The notes: generated from the sequence alone by a model not told the origin. 64,000 nucleotides of DNA from Octopus vulgaris (GCA_951406725.2 OX597826.1:66340001-66404000); one strand, 5' to 3'. Counted from the stretch's first letter, positions 1 to 13,260 are shown. Numbers and translations: made by a program.

Positions 1-65
1 GGTTCGATGTGATCGACTCATCCCCTCCCCACAAAATTCCTGCCCTTGTGGCAAAAATTTGAAAC

Positions 66-111
<46 letters not shown>

Positions 112-124
112 GTTGTTGTTGTTG

Positions 125-192
<68 letters not shown>

Positions 193-210
193 GTTATTAT
201 CATTATTATT

Positions 211-736
211 GAGTGAGAAAGCAGTGTCATCAAAATGACACGGGTAAAAAATACGAAACCCAGTATACCCATCATGACTACACGTCTGATAAGGGTACAC
301 TAGGCACATGCATCACAACCATATGTGCGCAAAATAGTGATCTTATATCAAGATAAACAGTACATAACCTTGCAGGTGGGGGACACAGTTAGAATTTTCT
401 TCAGGTCGAGTAGACCCATCCTGCGCAAAAGGTCCCTGCATAAGGGTTGTTTAAGGATGATGAACAAAACACCCATGTTTCCAAAGCGAATTATTCAAAA
501 TCCTAAGAATTCCTCCCAACACATGGCTATGATGCTCCACCACTACTTCTGCTCATGATCAGAGATGCCTATATCGTCAACCACCAAGGGACTCGCTCAA
601 CTGGTTAAGGTCAAGCAACTGACAAGCAAATCTGTGGAACTGAGCAGAATATTTACTGTAGCCCATCTTTTATACCAAGACGAAACAATGTACAGGATAA
701 CACCTCCAATACTTTAAGATCAGAAGCCATGAGAGC

Positions 737-740
<4 letters not shown>
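211..740. mobile_element. ~550-bp interspersed repeat embedded in (ATT)n (family E), copy 1
   Basis: Colinear with 13776-14328 over its whole length; both copies have (ATT)n tracts on both sides; no credible ORF. Confidence 0.8.
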
Positions 741-800
<60 letters not shown>

Positions 801-809
801 TTAATTATT

Positions 810-840
<31 letters not shown>

Positions 841-850
841 TTATTATCAT

Positions 851-1119
851 TCAGTAGTTTTATTTTTATAGCGTGCTTTCACTTCACTACCGGGCGCAGC
901 TCTGTGTGCCTTAGGTATGTGCTGTGATTTGTTGTGATGCTCTGATGGTTATTGTATGGAAAGTGTTCTGCGTAGGATGTGTGCAGTGCCTAGTAGTGCA
1001 ATTTTCTGTATGTTATATGTGTTTGTAAGTCCTGGTGTTTTTGTTATGTATTTGTCTGAATATTTTTTTATCATGCCTAATGCACCTACTATGATAGGAA
1101 TTGTTTCTGTTTTTAGATT
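851..1119 (-). mobile_element. 5'-truncated RLE-type non-LTR retrotransposon (R4/Dong-like) 3' end within (TAA)n
   Basis: Minus-strand 1119-949 translates as NLKTETIPIIVGALGMIKKYSDKYITKTPGLTNTYNIQKIALLGTAHILRRTLSIQ*, containing the PIIVGALG...QK..LLGTA.ILR C-terminal signature; 3' UTR with AATAAA runs into (TAA)n. Confidence 0.8.
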
Positions 1120-1124
1120 TTTTA

Positions 1125-1176
<52 letters not shown>

Positions 1177-1617
1177 TTTTTATTATTGTTGTTGTTGCTT
1201 TTGTTACTGTGACCACCACCACCACCACCACCACCACCACCACCACCACCACCACCACCACCATCACCATCATCATCATCATCATCATCATCATCATTAT
1301 TATTATTAAGGACTTTGGATAGTCAGAACAATTAATGAATAAAAACAAAAATTGCTTAGCGGTATTTGTTCCAGTGCTTTACATATTCCGTATTCAAATA
1401 CAACAGAAGCCATTCTTCGTCTTTTAACCTTTCGGGTTCTGTGAAATAAAGTACCAGTCAAGTACTGAGATGTCGATTTAATAATCAGCAAACTTCCTCC
1501 GACCAAACTAAAGGCTTTTATGCATTGACTTGAAACTATCGTAAATGTCGTTGTTTTGGCTTTCAGCGGGTGCAAACAAGTTATTTCCACAATTGTCGCT
1601 GCGTAGTTTTTGACTCG

Positions 1618-1671
<54 letters not shown>

Positions 1672-1710
1672 GTAATAATAATGATGATGATGATGATGAT
1701 GATGATAATG

Positions 1711-1829
<119 letters not shown>

Positions 1830-1845
1830 TAATAATAATAATAAT

Positions 1846-1941
1846 GGGCATAAAACCAACATGAACTTCCAACTTGCTGTCTTTGAGGTCTCTGGGTGAG
1901 ACTCGGAGCCAACTTGTACAAATGTAAAGCAAAAGCCAAAC

Positions 1942-1943
<2 letters not shown>
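1846..1943 (+). mobile_element. Short unique island in (TAA)n, probable 3' UTR remnant of a second TAA-associated retroelement
   Basis: ~100 bp of complex sequence flanked by pure (AAT)n on both sides; identity is inferred by analogy with 851-1119. Confidence 0.4.
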
Positions 1944-2028
<85 letters not shown>

Positions 2029-2053
2029 TAATAATAATAATAATAATAATAAC

Positions 2054-2091
<38 letters not shown>

Positions 2092-2134
2092 TAATAATAA
2101 TAATAATGATGATGATGATGATAATAATAATAAC

Positions 2135-2310
2135 ACGATCACCACAACGGCGACGGTCACGAGGACGACGACGGTCGACGACGAATCACGTGTACGGACA
2201 ACAACGGCGACAACGACGGACGATAGCCACAACGACGACGGACGATGACGGAAGGCGACGATGATAATGAAGACGAGCGACGACAACGATAATGGAAGAA
2301 ATATTTTTGC
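2135..2310. repeat. Single copy of the GAC-rich minisatellite unit
   Basis: Shares GGTCGACGACGAATCACGTGTACGGACAACAAC and the terminal AATGGAAGAAATATTTTT with 3350-4235. Confidence 0.8.
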
Positions 2311-2432
2311 AAGGATTCTCAAAATGAAGAAGCTATGTTGTTTAATTTGTCTAATCTCGGTGAACGTAATTAATGAGTCTTTAATAAACTAATAATATTC
2401 GCTCCTTTAAAAACAAAAGGGAACGGGGCAGA

Positions 2433-2845
2433 TTACTCTTTTACTCTTTTACTTGTTTCAGTCATTTGACTGCGGCCATGCTGGAGCACCGCCTTTAGTC
2501 GAGCAAATCGACCTCAGGACTTATCCTTTGTAAGCCCAGTACTTATTCTATCGGTCTCTTTTGCCGAACCGCTAAGTGACGGGGACGTAAACACACTAGC
2601 ATCGGTTGTCAAGCAATGCTAGGGGGGACAAACACAGACACACAAACATATACACACACACTTATATATATATATATACATATATACGACAGGCTTCTTT
2701 CAGTTTCCGTCTACTAAATCCACTCACAAGGCATTGGTCGGCTCGGGGCTATAGCAGAAGACACTTGCCCAAGATGCCACGCAGTGGGACTGAACCCGGA
2801 ACCATGTGGTTGGTTAGCAAGCTACTTACCACACAGCCACTCCTG
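2433..2845 (-). mobile_element. SINE family A (tRNA-like head, internal (TA)/(TG) microsatellite, (GTAAAAGA)n tail)
   Basis: Near-identical to 11391, 39204, 48513 and 54641 copies; head GGAGTGGCTGTGTGGTAAG...GGTTCAGTCCC resembles Pol III A/B boxes. Confidence 0.9.
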
Positions 2846-3184
2846 GTATCGAACATTTTATTTTTTCCGTCTCCTTCGAATTCCATTTGACATCGCTGAA
2901 TGTTAACTCTAGATATTTAGATTAATATTTCGCAATTCATTGGATTAATATTTTCAAATGAATAACTATTCTCCAGGATAAATAGATTATATTAAATTGC
3001 TTTACACTCGATCAACACATGCACACATACGCATGCGCACACACACACACATAAACACACGCACAAACACTTTCGCATATACATACAAAAGGTTATTCGG
3101 ATTCTTTTCAAAAAACTTAAAACCGTCTTTTACATTTCGACCTTATTCATAATGGCGCCAAACGAACTCAGTAACACAACTTAT

Positions 3185-3216
<32 letters not shown>

Positions 3217-3349
3217 CGACAACATGAAAAGAAGAAAGGAAAAAGAGAATAAAACGAAAATTTTAATGTGCATAAAGTAAAAAGACACGAGTTGACTTGC
3301 TTTGCAGCCAGACATAGATTTCTCAGGCAAGGATGACATTCAATTCAGA

Positions 3350-3739
3350 CGATGACGGCTGCGGCTCCGGCGGAAGCAATAACGATGTCGACGGTGGACG
3401 ACAATCACGACCATGACGACCACGAAGTCGGCGACGATGATCACGATAATCACAAGGATGACGATTACGAGGACGACGACGGTCGACGACGAATCACGTG
3501 TGCGGACAACAACGGCGACAAGGATGGACGATGGCCACGACGACGACGGACGACGACGATGACGACGGACGACGACGACGGATAACGACGACGGACGACG
3601 ACAGGTGACGACGGAAGGCGACGATGATCATGATCACCACAACGACGACGTTCACGAGGACGACGACGGTTGACGACGAATCACGTGTACGGACAACAAC
3701 GATGGACAATAACGACGGACAATAGCCACGACGACGACG

Positions 3740-3801
<62 letters not shown>

Positions 3802-4235
3802 GCGACGGAAGGCGACGATGATCATAATCACCACAACGACGACGATCACGAGGACGACGACGGTCGACGACGAATCACGTGTACGGACAACAACGGCGAT
3901 AACGACGGACAATAGCCATGACGACGACGGACGACAACGACGACACGACGGACAACGACGACGACGACGACGACAACGACGGACGACGACGACGACGACG
4001 GACAACGACGGAAGGCGACGACGATGATGAAGACGAGCAACGACGACGGTCGACAACGAATCACGTGTACGAACAACAACGGCGACAACGATGGACGATA
4101 GCCACGACGACGATGGACAACGGACGACGACGACGACGGACGACGGAAGGCGACGATGATGATGATGACAAGCGACGACGACAACGACAGACCATGATTA
4201 CTATGATGACTACGACAATGGAAGAAATATTTTTC
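3350..4235. repeat. CpG-rich (GAC)n-based compound minisatellite, ~4 units of ~170-200 bp
   Basis: Anchor ACGAATCACGTGT recurs at ~3489, 3676, 3870 and 4057, separated by variable GAC tracts. Confidence 0.85.
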
Positions 4236-4419
4236 CAAATATAGATATTTGCAAATTTGCATTCATTAATGGATCTGAAAGATTTATCCAGCAGGAGTCT
4301 AAGTGGAATCTAATTTACGTTTGCCTCGCGAAAATTCATGGTGACTTCTTTGTATCCTCAAAAGACTTGATAACCGAATACCTTCCGGTTGTCTTGGCCA
4401 AGATCTTATAAGTAGCCTA

Positions 4420-4804
4420 GTGGAGGCGCAATGGCCCAATGGTTAGGGCAGTGGACTCGCGGTCGTAGGATCGCGGTTTCGATTCCCAGACCGGGCGTTG
4501 TGAGTGTTTATTGAGCGAAAACACCTAAAAGCTCCACGAGGCTCCGGCAGGGGATGGTGGTGATCCCTGCTGTACTCTTTCACCACAACTTTCTCTCACT
4601 CTTACTTCCTGTTTCTGTTGTGCCTGTATTTCAAAGGGCCGGCCTTGTCACTCTCTGTGTCACGCTGAATATCCCCGAGAACTACGTTAAGGGTACACGT
4701 GTCTGTGGAGTGCTCAGCCACTTGCACGTTAATTTCACGAGCAGGCTGTTCCGTTGATCGGATCAACCGGAACCCTCATCGTCGTAACCGACGGAGTGCT
4801 TCCA
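4420..4804 (+). mobile_element. SINE family C (tRNA-derived head), full length
   Basis: Head TGGCCCAATGGTTAGG...GGTTTCGATTCC; near-identical to 52335-52720; imperfect TSD ATAAGTAGCCT/ATAAATAGCCT. Confidence 0.9.
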
Positions 4805-4995
4805 CATAAATAGCCTGCCTAAACTTCAAGACCGAGGAAGAAACATGCAGACAAGTAGAAACTGTACGCAGAACTGCAAATTTCAGTACAGAAGTAGTGC
4901 AATACAAATATAACAGCCAGGATTATAGCGACCGATATTGAGTTTTGCCTTGTCGTTTTTCTAAACCAATATTTAGGGGTGATATGCATATAAAT

Positions 4996-5100
4996 GTGGA
5001 GGCTCAATGGCCCAGTGGTTAGGGCAGCAGACTCGCGGTTGTAGGATCGCGGTTTCGATTCCCAGACCGGGCGTTGTGAGTGTTTATTGAGCGAAAAACC
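4996..5100 (+). mobile_element. SINE family C, head only
   Basis: Matches the first ~105 bp of the 4420 copy. Confidence 0.85.
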
Positions 5101-5109
5101 ACACAACTC

Positions 5110-6150
5110 ATGTCGATACCCAGGTCCCGCACTGATTTAGGCTCTGGTATTGTAATCCCTTGTGGTCCGATGTACACTGTAAGTATTATATTCAGTTTTG
5201 GACGCTAGTAACGAAGAGCTTGGAATTTTTCAGCATTAAACTACATACTATTGTTCTCAGCCCATCTGTAAATTGAGTCCAACTCCTGCTGCAGGTGTGC
5301 AACATCGCTGGAGGTCTGTATTTTCTGCGAGACTTTCGTATCGTCTGCGTAGCTAACAAGAGTGGTTATTCAGGCTGCTGAGTGCTTATCTGAGAGGACC
5401 ACTATGAAAAGCAGTGGTCCCAAGACAGTGCCCTGTGGAACACTACTCACTATTTGCGTTTCCCTTGAGGTGACACCATTGACCACCACTGTATGATTTC
5501 TATCTTTCAGAAAATCATGTAACCACACTCCAAGTTTTCCAGCTATGCCGAGATCACGCAGTTTGAGGCATATCCACTTTATTAAAAGCTTTTGCAAAGT
5601 GAAGGTATATTACTTCCATATTTGAGTTGTTGAGTAACTGCTTCAACAGCCAGTCATAGTGCTGTAAGAGCTGGGTCAGGCAGCTCCTACCTGGTCGAAA
5701 GCAAGTGAACGAACCAGTGGATCTTCCTTGGAATGTTGTTCCTTTTTGTGTTGGCCTTGTGCTCTGGGAGATTTTTCTGGCATATGGTTTACATAACAGA
5801 CATAAAATATTCTAGTTTTATGCCAATGTCTGGTGTGGAGAGACATTTCGGCCAGTCCTGTCTGAGGATATCTTTTCGGATCGATTTCTAGTCTGCTTTG
5901 TGGAAGTTCAGATTGGAGAGATTTTGGGTGCTTCCTTTAGGTTGTATATATCTGGCTACTTTTGGCTCATACACAGACAGCTCTATTATGTTGTGATCCG
6001 AAACTAATGTTGGCGTCACTTTCACATCATGAACGATGTCCATATTGTTTGTGAAGCAGAGATTGAGAATATTGTTCATCCTAGTTGGTCTAAGCACAAC
6101 TTGCTCCATGAATAGGGCATTGGTGAGGTTGAGCAGGGACTCCACCTGTG
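5110..6150 (-). mobile_element. Decayed CR1/L2-group LINE ORF2 fragments (AP-endonuclease end plus reverse transcriptase)
   Basis: EQVVLRPTRMNNILNLCFTN...SDHNII (EN C-terminus); SSVPQGTVLGPLLF and SYADDTK (RT motifs); stops and internal deletions. Confidence 0.9.
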
Positions 6151-6469
6151 CATACAGTCAACAGGTGAGATCTAGAGATGTTCAAGATAGAAAACACTTT
6201 GTGGTGCTCAAATGATTTGAACATAAACTCCGTAGTCTTTATCGGGGATGAGGCCAATAGGGTAATTAGTGACTATAAGAGAAATCCAGGTCAGCTGATA
6301 TGGAGATAGTGATGCAAATAAATACGATTAGGCTTGATATATATAAATATACACACATATTCACACACACACATACATGCACGCGAACACGCAGACAGAG
6401 ATATAGATAGATATAAAAACTAAAAATATTCAGAAGATAAACACATATATACAAGCATATAGATATTTA

Positions 6470-6856
6470 TATATATTGACAAATTTACTTTTACATGGAG
6501 AATAAAAAATACAGAAATCTAAGGGAAGAATGCACAGTTTTTTTTAAACTCTACAGCTGTTTCTGGGAGCTCAGAATTACGTAATAGTTGGAATGTGTAA
6601 AATAGATGGAATGTTCTAAAAGTCTTTGATATGCAATCAATAAATGGTTGCATAGAGACATAATCGTAGACCGACCTCCTTTGTCAGAAGTGGAAAATTA
6701 GCTGGTAATTTTGAACGTTATCTCTATTTCGTAATTTCGAGCTCTCAGAAACAGCTATCGACTTGAAAAAACCCCCAAAAAACAAAAAAAACTATGCGTT
6801 CTCTCCTTAGTTTTTTCTATTTTTATGCTCCATGTAAAAGTAAATTTGTCAATATA
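6470..6856 (-). mobile_element. Penelope-like non-autonomous element with ~120-bp inverted ends and a degenerate HHR (6548-6691)
   Basis: 6470-6590 is an inverted copy of 6724-6856; minus strand reads actt-CTGACAA-aggag...ctccca-GAAA-cagctg-TA-gagt (G8 lost, consistent with CpG decay). Confidence 0.6.
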
Positions 6857-7017
6857 AAGGGTGCGCCAAAAGTTATGCACAAAATAAGTTCAATACACTC
6901 CAGAATTGTCAAAGACATGCTTCGATATTTCTACAATTGAAGAAAATAATTAAAATAACGATAAATACATGGTTACTTGTACATGGCAAAGAAAATGAAT
7001 AATAGTGACGACTTCAA

Positions 7018-7625
7018 ATTTTGGCACAAGACCATCAATTGCAGAGAAAGGTGTAAGTCGGTTGCACCAACCCCAATGCGTAACTGGTACTTATTTTATC
7101 GATCCCGAAAGGATTGAAGGCAATATCCTCCTCGGCGGTATTTGAACTGAAAACGCAAAGACAGAAGAAGCATTTTGCTCGACTTGCTAATGGTTCTGCC
7201 AGCCCGTAGCCTTGAATACTATCACTATTAATAAACCTTTCTGCTAAAGTCGCAAGGCCTGAAATTTGTGGGGAGGGGCGCAGTCGATTACATCGATCCC
7301 AGTGTTTCACTGGTACTTAATTTATCGACTCCCGAAAGGACGACAGGCAAAAATCGGCCTCGGCGGAATGCTTCTACTATTAATAATAGCACAATATACA
7401 TTAGAAACAGGCAGCGAGCTGGTAGAAACGTTAGCACGCCGGGCGAAATGCTCAGCGGTATTTCGTCTGCCGCTACGTTCTGAGTTCAAATTCCGCCGAG
7501 GTATCGACTTTACCTTTCATCCTTTCGGGGTCGATAAATTAAGTACCCGTTGCGTGCTGAGGTCGATCTAATCGACTGGCCCCCTTCCCCAAAATTTCAG
7601 GCCTCGTGCCTAGAGAAAAAAAGAA
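7018..7625. mobile_element. Cluster of three SINE family B copies (7018-7210 -, 7235-7370 -, 7409-7625 +)
   Basis: Head GGCAGCGAGCTGGTAGAAACGTTAGCACGCC...GAGTTCAAATTCC; body CCTTTCATCCTTTCGGGGTCGATAAATTAAGTACC. Confidence 0.85.
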
Positions 7626-7891
7626 TATACATTAGAAATGTCAAATGTATTGGTGCATGACTTTTGGCTCACCTTGTATCTTCTGAATATATTTAGTCTT
7701 TGTATCTATATTTATCCTAGTATATATCTCTGTGTGTGTATATATGTATGTATATTTATATATATCAAGCCCAATCGTGCTTATCTGAATCACTATAAAT
7801 GTATATATATATATATGTGTGTGTTAAATAAAATGAGACAACAAAGCCAAGGCTGTGTGGAATTTTCAGGACATTTATAAAGAGAAAGTTT

Positions 7892-7939
7892 GTCTTACAG
7901 CTGTTTCTGGGATATTAGGGATATCCCTTCGTCAGAGAC
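7892..7939 (-). ncRNA. Minimal type I hammerhead ribozyme, canonical core
   Basis: gtct-CTGACGA-a-gggatat(cccta)atatccc-a-GAAA-cagctg-TA-agac: stem I gtct/agac, 7-bp stem II, palindromic stem III, GUA cleavage triplet. Confidence 0.85.
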
Positions 7940-8367
7940 GATGTGAGATGGTTAAATAGAGGTGAATATTAGAGTTCAATATGAGGAGTTATTTTGGAAA
8001 AAGAAGCAAATAAGGAGTATATAGGGAAATAGGAGAATCATAAAGAAAAAATAAAATATATTATAAAACATATATGTATGACAAAAAGAAAATGGAGGGA
8101 ATCCAGAGGTAGCGTTCATCAGTTGTTAGACATACATTAGAAGATGTTTATTTATTCATTTTAAACAGTTTAGAAAATATATGAATACTTGTGTAAAGCA
8201 TTAGTAATTTCTAGAATAAGGAAGAGCAGTTTTTTACAACTTTTTCTTTTTCTTTCTCGTTCTCTTTCTCTTTTTAAACATGCTATAATAAGAATATTGT
8301 ACTACACCTACTAATAACTAATTCTGTTATAAGTATATACATTCATATATACATGCATATGTGCATG

Positions 8368-8399
<32 letters not shown>

Positions 8400-8626
8400 T
8401 GTATGTATGTATGTATGTATGTATGTATGTATGTATGTATGGGTGTGTATGTATATATGTAAATGTATATATATATACATATGTATATATATATTTATAT
8501 ATGCATGAATAAGCCCTATGAACTTCTTGTACTATCTTATATAAACAAACAACTCTCTGACGAAGCCTGTATATTTATATATGCTTAAATTAGCCCTATG
8601 AACTTCCTGGACTATCTTATGAACAC

Positions 8627-8748
8627 TCTCTGACGAAGCCTAGAGGCAAACCCATGTATCCTAATTTTATCAACAAATTTGCAATACACTGAAAAGATGG
8701 AAATAATATATGGGGTACTGTGACCTCTTGGCTGAAACAGCTGTAAGA
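8627..8748 (+). ncRNA. Type I hammerhead ribozyme with extended stem II
   Basis: tct-CTGACGA-agcc.tagagg...cctct.tggct-GAAA-cagctg-TA-aga; sequence downstream (8742-8866) is inverted-repeated at 8115-8238. Confidence 0.75.
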
Positions 8749-8879
8749 AACTGCTCTTCTTTCTCTATTCTAGAAATTACTAATATTTTACACATGTATT
8801 CATATATTTTCTGAACTGTTTAAAATAAATAAATAGAATATTATAATGTCTAACAACTGATGAATACTTAATTTAGCAA

Positions 8880-9369
8880 CCCCGAAAGGATGAAAGGCAA
8901 AGTCGACCTCGGCGGAATTTGAACTCAGAAGGCATTGCTGGACGAAATACCTATTTCTTTACTACCCACGCAAAGGGCTAAACACAGAGGGAACAAACAA
9001 GGACAGACAAACGGATTAAGTCGATTATATCGACCCCAGTGCGTAACTGGTATTTATTTAATCGACCTCGAAAGGATGAAAAACAAAGTCGACCTCGGCG
9101 GTATTTGAACTCAGAACGTAACGGCAGACGAAATACCTATTTCTTTACTACCCACAAGGGGCTAAACACAGAGGGGACAAACAAGGACAGACAAACGGAT
9201 TAAGTCGATTACATCGACCTCAGTGCGTAACTGGTGCTTAATTTATCGACCCCGAAAGGATGAAAGGCAAAGTCGACCTCGGCGGAATTTGAACTCACAA
9301 CGTAACGGCAGACGAAATACCGCTAAACATTTCGCCCGGCGTGCTAACGTTTCTGGCAGCTCACCGCCC
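8880..9369 (-). mobile_element. SINE family B with internal tandem reiteration (~185-bp block, ~3 times)
   Basis: GAAAGGATGAAAGGCAAAGTCGACCTCGGCGG recurs at ~8884, 9070 and 9254. Confidence 0.85.
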
Positions 9370-9967
9370 TTATAGAAGAAAATAATAAAAGACAGTTCAA
9401 CTCGATTCTAATATTTGCAGATGTAACTATGTTAACATTGCATCTTCGAGGAGATGAACAGTCAAGTCGACTCTAGAGGAATTTGAACCCAGAGTTCAGA
9501 AAGTAAAAGATTGTAACTAGATATCGGTCGGCTTTATGTCCGACACATGGTCATCACTGCTAACCTGCCAAGATTTGCGATAAATACTTGTGTGTATATA
9601 AATATTCAAAAACAAGATAACACTATCAAAACACCATGACTTATTTACGTCATCAAATGGAAACTATTTTTAAGGTTATACCGTAGAGCTGACGTGTGTG
9701 TGTGTGTGTTTAGATTATAGTACACCACACTTTATGCGAAGTGCATTCCAGAAGTTTTCTGAGTTTTTTTTTTAAGAAGATACAGTTATAAATGTCCTTG
9801 ATCATTGTAATTTTAGTACATCACTACTTAAACATCTAATAAGCTGACCTGCCAACATTTGATATTCCATACAGAAGGAGACGGCTGTACCAGCGCTTTG
9901 AACACACCCTACAAAACACTGCTTGTCTCAGCTGTTTATTTTTTTTTTGGACAATGTTGTCGGGATA

Positions 9968-10363
9968 TCTTTATATATAAAAGAGAGGTTGTGTGCTGTC
10001 TGTCTCCTACGATTTAGATTCCTAACTACTCCCACATTTTGTGGTGCAGTTTAACCAAAACCGGGTATCTTATAGTCGTGATTCATATCGAGCCCATCTG
10101 GGTATTAGCGCGCGTCTACGATGAGTCTACGATTAAAAAAAAAAATTACCATCAATTTTTCACATTTTTAATGCATTTTTGGCATATATAAGGGAAGTAA
10201 CTCTCTAAAACTTTATTATTAAATCTCAGAACGTAAAAAGCTACAGTAACACCCCCCCTTTGTGGTTAGCCATATTGAGATGGCTATTATACTTTACATC
10301 TCTAAAAATGCTTATATAGTTATTTCTCTTACAAACCCGAGCAACGCCGGACGATACTGCTAG
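9968..10363 (+). mobile_element. Non-autonomous Helitron
   Basis: 5' TC, 3' CTAG, inserted between A(9967) and T(10364) with no TSD; subterminal GC-rich hairpin CCCGAGCAACGCCGG; removing it restores the mariner frame MLSGYLVIKFCV. Confidence 0.85.
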
Positions 10364-10480
10364 TTTGGTAATAAAGTTTTGTGTTAAGCTGGGCAAAAAA
10401 GATAAAGAAGCATATGAAATGCTCCAGACTGCCTATGAATGAAGTTTTCCGCTGGTACAAGAGGTTTAAGGACGGTAAGA

Positions 10481-10667
10481 GGCGGCGAGCTGGCAGAAAC
10501 GTTAGCACGCCGGGCGAAATGCTTAGCGGTATTTCGTCTGCTGTAACGTTCTGAGTTCGAATTCCGCCGAGGTCGACTTTGCCTTTTATCCTTTTATGGG
10601 GTCGATATAATCGACTTAATCCGTTTGTCTCCTCTGTGTTTAGCCCCTTGTGGGCAAAAAAAAATAA
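10481..10667 (+). mobile_element. SINE family B nested in the mariner remnant
   Basis: GGCGGCGAGCTGGCAGAAACG head; TAAGA on both sides (short TSD). Confidence 0.85.
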
Positions 10668-11390
10668 GAGACGATGAGGGTGCGGGAGTGATGGTTGAGA
10701 AAATTCGCAATTTTCTGGATATAGACCCTTATATATCTATAAAGACTCTGGTGCATACAGTTTAGAATTGGTGTGGTAACTGCACACTGAATTATCCATG
10801 AAGATCTGAGCATGTGCAAAATTTGTGCAAAGTTTGTTCTCAGGCTGGTCATCCTGGTAACCAATTACTTGACAATGACGGACATTAAAACTGTCCTTCA
10901 CCCTCCTTCCAGTCCACGCCTTGCTCCCGGTAACTAAGAAGAACCTTAGTACAGTCGTTTTGAAGATATCGAGAAGATGAAGGAGGCTATGACAAGAGTC
11001 TGGACACCTTCAGTTTGGAGGATGTCGATGGGGCCGCCACCAAATGACTGGAACGTTACATTGAAGTTTATCGAAAATTTTAAAATTTGGTACATGAATG
11101 TAGTTTCCCAAGCTGAGTTGCTGGAGTATATTTCACTTTTTCCAGAATTTAAAAAAAAAAAATGTTAGAGGTTTAAAGTTTGATCATTTTCGCCCAGTCA
11201 CGAAACAGGATTTGGAAGCTGTCATTTTGTGCGTGACTGCAAATTTTGTCAATATCCTGAAAATAACATGTGTTGTAAATATTTGAACTCTACACACGGA
11301 AAACGAGTAAATAATACGTCTTTTGAAGTTTTAAGCATTCAATATGCATTTAATGCGATAAACAGCACATTACAGATTAAATATTTCTCT

Positions 11391-11900
<510 letters not shown>

Positions 11901-12009
11901 GACTTATAGCACAATTCTAAAAGATTATCTAAAAGAAAACACACATTACAATATAGATATTAAAAAAAGCAACATTTTGTTGGCCAGTTCATTGAAAACG
12001 AAACATTCA

Positions 12010-12620
12010 ATCTTCATATCTCCCGCGCCACATAAATTCACAGAGATATGAATCTACCATAGAACGGTGAGTGCCACAGCGTCATTTATTACCTAGCTTT
12101 ACAGAGGCTCATGTATTCTCCACTTGTTGAGTGTGGGTGCCATCTTTCAAGTTAACAAACCCAACTCTATGGTTCACCGTTCTATGCTCAAAATTCTAAC
12201 CATCCCTTTCAGGAATGTAAGAGTACGCCGTTCGCAAATCGCTGCAAATTGTGGTTCCTGGAAGAATCGAGTGACGTATGCATTCTTCTAGTGTGTCACG
12301 ATTGCTACATGGCGCCGCACAAAGTAAAACCGGTCTGGTCTCGCGACACACATCTCCGAAAACCCACTGCTCAGGTTAGACCCTTCTTCGGTTGTATTTA
12401 TGTATTGAGAAGACTGTTTCATCGATTTCAACAGTCTTCCTAGGACCACTAACTTTAATTGGATGACGAAGCAGGTCCTCCACAAATACGTCCCTAACAT
12501 GGCTGTTATAAGCAACAGTTGTGCAATGGTTCACAAAACCGGACTGAAGTTAATTCTTGAACTCCAAACAGATCGGTAAAATTTACAGCTGAGTAAAACA
12601 GTAGAACACAGCGTCAACAA
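12010..12620 (-). mobile_element. Decayed Merlin (IS1595/ISXO2-like DDE) transposase
   Basis: GPRKTVEIDETVFS.HKYNRRR..PEQWVFG..CRET, ILPGTTICSD...AY, HRTVNHRVGFVNLKDGTHTQQVEN, SYLCEFMWR; stops and frameshifts. Confidence 0.85.
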
Positions 12621-12768
12621 GTGGTTTCAATATATTTGTCAATACGTGCTTTCTCGCTGACAGAAGAGTTCTCATGTTCGGCTCGTAACTATGGAAACAG
12701 GCATGAATGTGTCTGTGGCTTACGATTGGCTAAAATAACCCAAAAGTTTCAAACTTTAATAGCTAATA

Positions 12769-13260
12769 CCGTAAATCCTCGAGTATAATCCGCATTTCCC
12801 CCCAAAATTTAAAGGTAAAAATCCCTAGAACGTATTATACACGAGGTCAAAAATGAAAATTATTCTCTAAGCAATGTCCGCATCTCTATTTGCTGTCCGG
12901 CAATGTGTATTCAGACGCATTTTGTGATGTCGGGCGCAAAAATACCTTAAGCTAAGCCTGAAAGCAATGAAGTCATAAAAGAATCATCCATAACTTGCAG
13001 TAAGCAACATTTATTAAACTTTATTACTGTTATTTTCTGCAAACAAAATGCACAAAAAAGCTACACATTTGCATTATGTTATATGTACAATAATAATAGA
13101 GGACGTTACCGTATGCATTTTTACAAACCAAGGACGTTTTATAGACCTCCTTGACTCAAGTTAGAGAAGGGGTGCATATTATACACAAGGTTTAGGTTTT
13201 TCAGAGGTACATCCCCCTGCATATTATATTCAAGGGCGGATTATACTCGAGGATTTACGG
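12769..13260. mobile_element. MITE with TIR CCGTAAATCCTCGAGTATAATCCGC and TA TSD (Tc1/mariner/pogo type)
   Basis: Perfect ~25-bp TIRs, TA on both sides; second copy in opposite orientation at 41359-41848. Confidence 0.9.

Larger units (their letters stand above)
9735..11090 (+). mobile_element. Decayed mariner transposon interrupted by a Helitron and a SINE B
   Basis: IKFCVKLGK...AYEMLQTAY...VFRWYKRFKDG (HTH region) and HPPSSPRLAP (decayed HPPYSPDLAP); outer limits approximate. Confidence 0.75.

Noticed and set aside
4420-4495. SINE heads as tRNA genes
   Set aside because: No closed cloverleaf; they continue into multi-copy SINE bodies with TSDs
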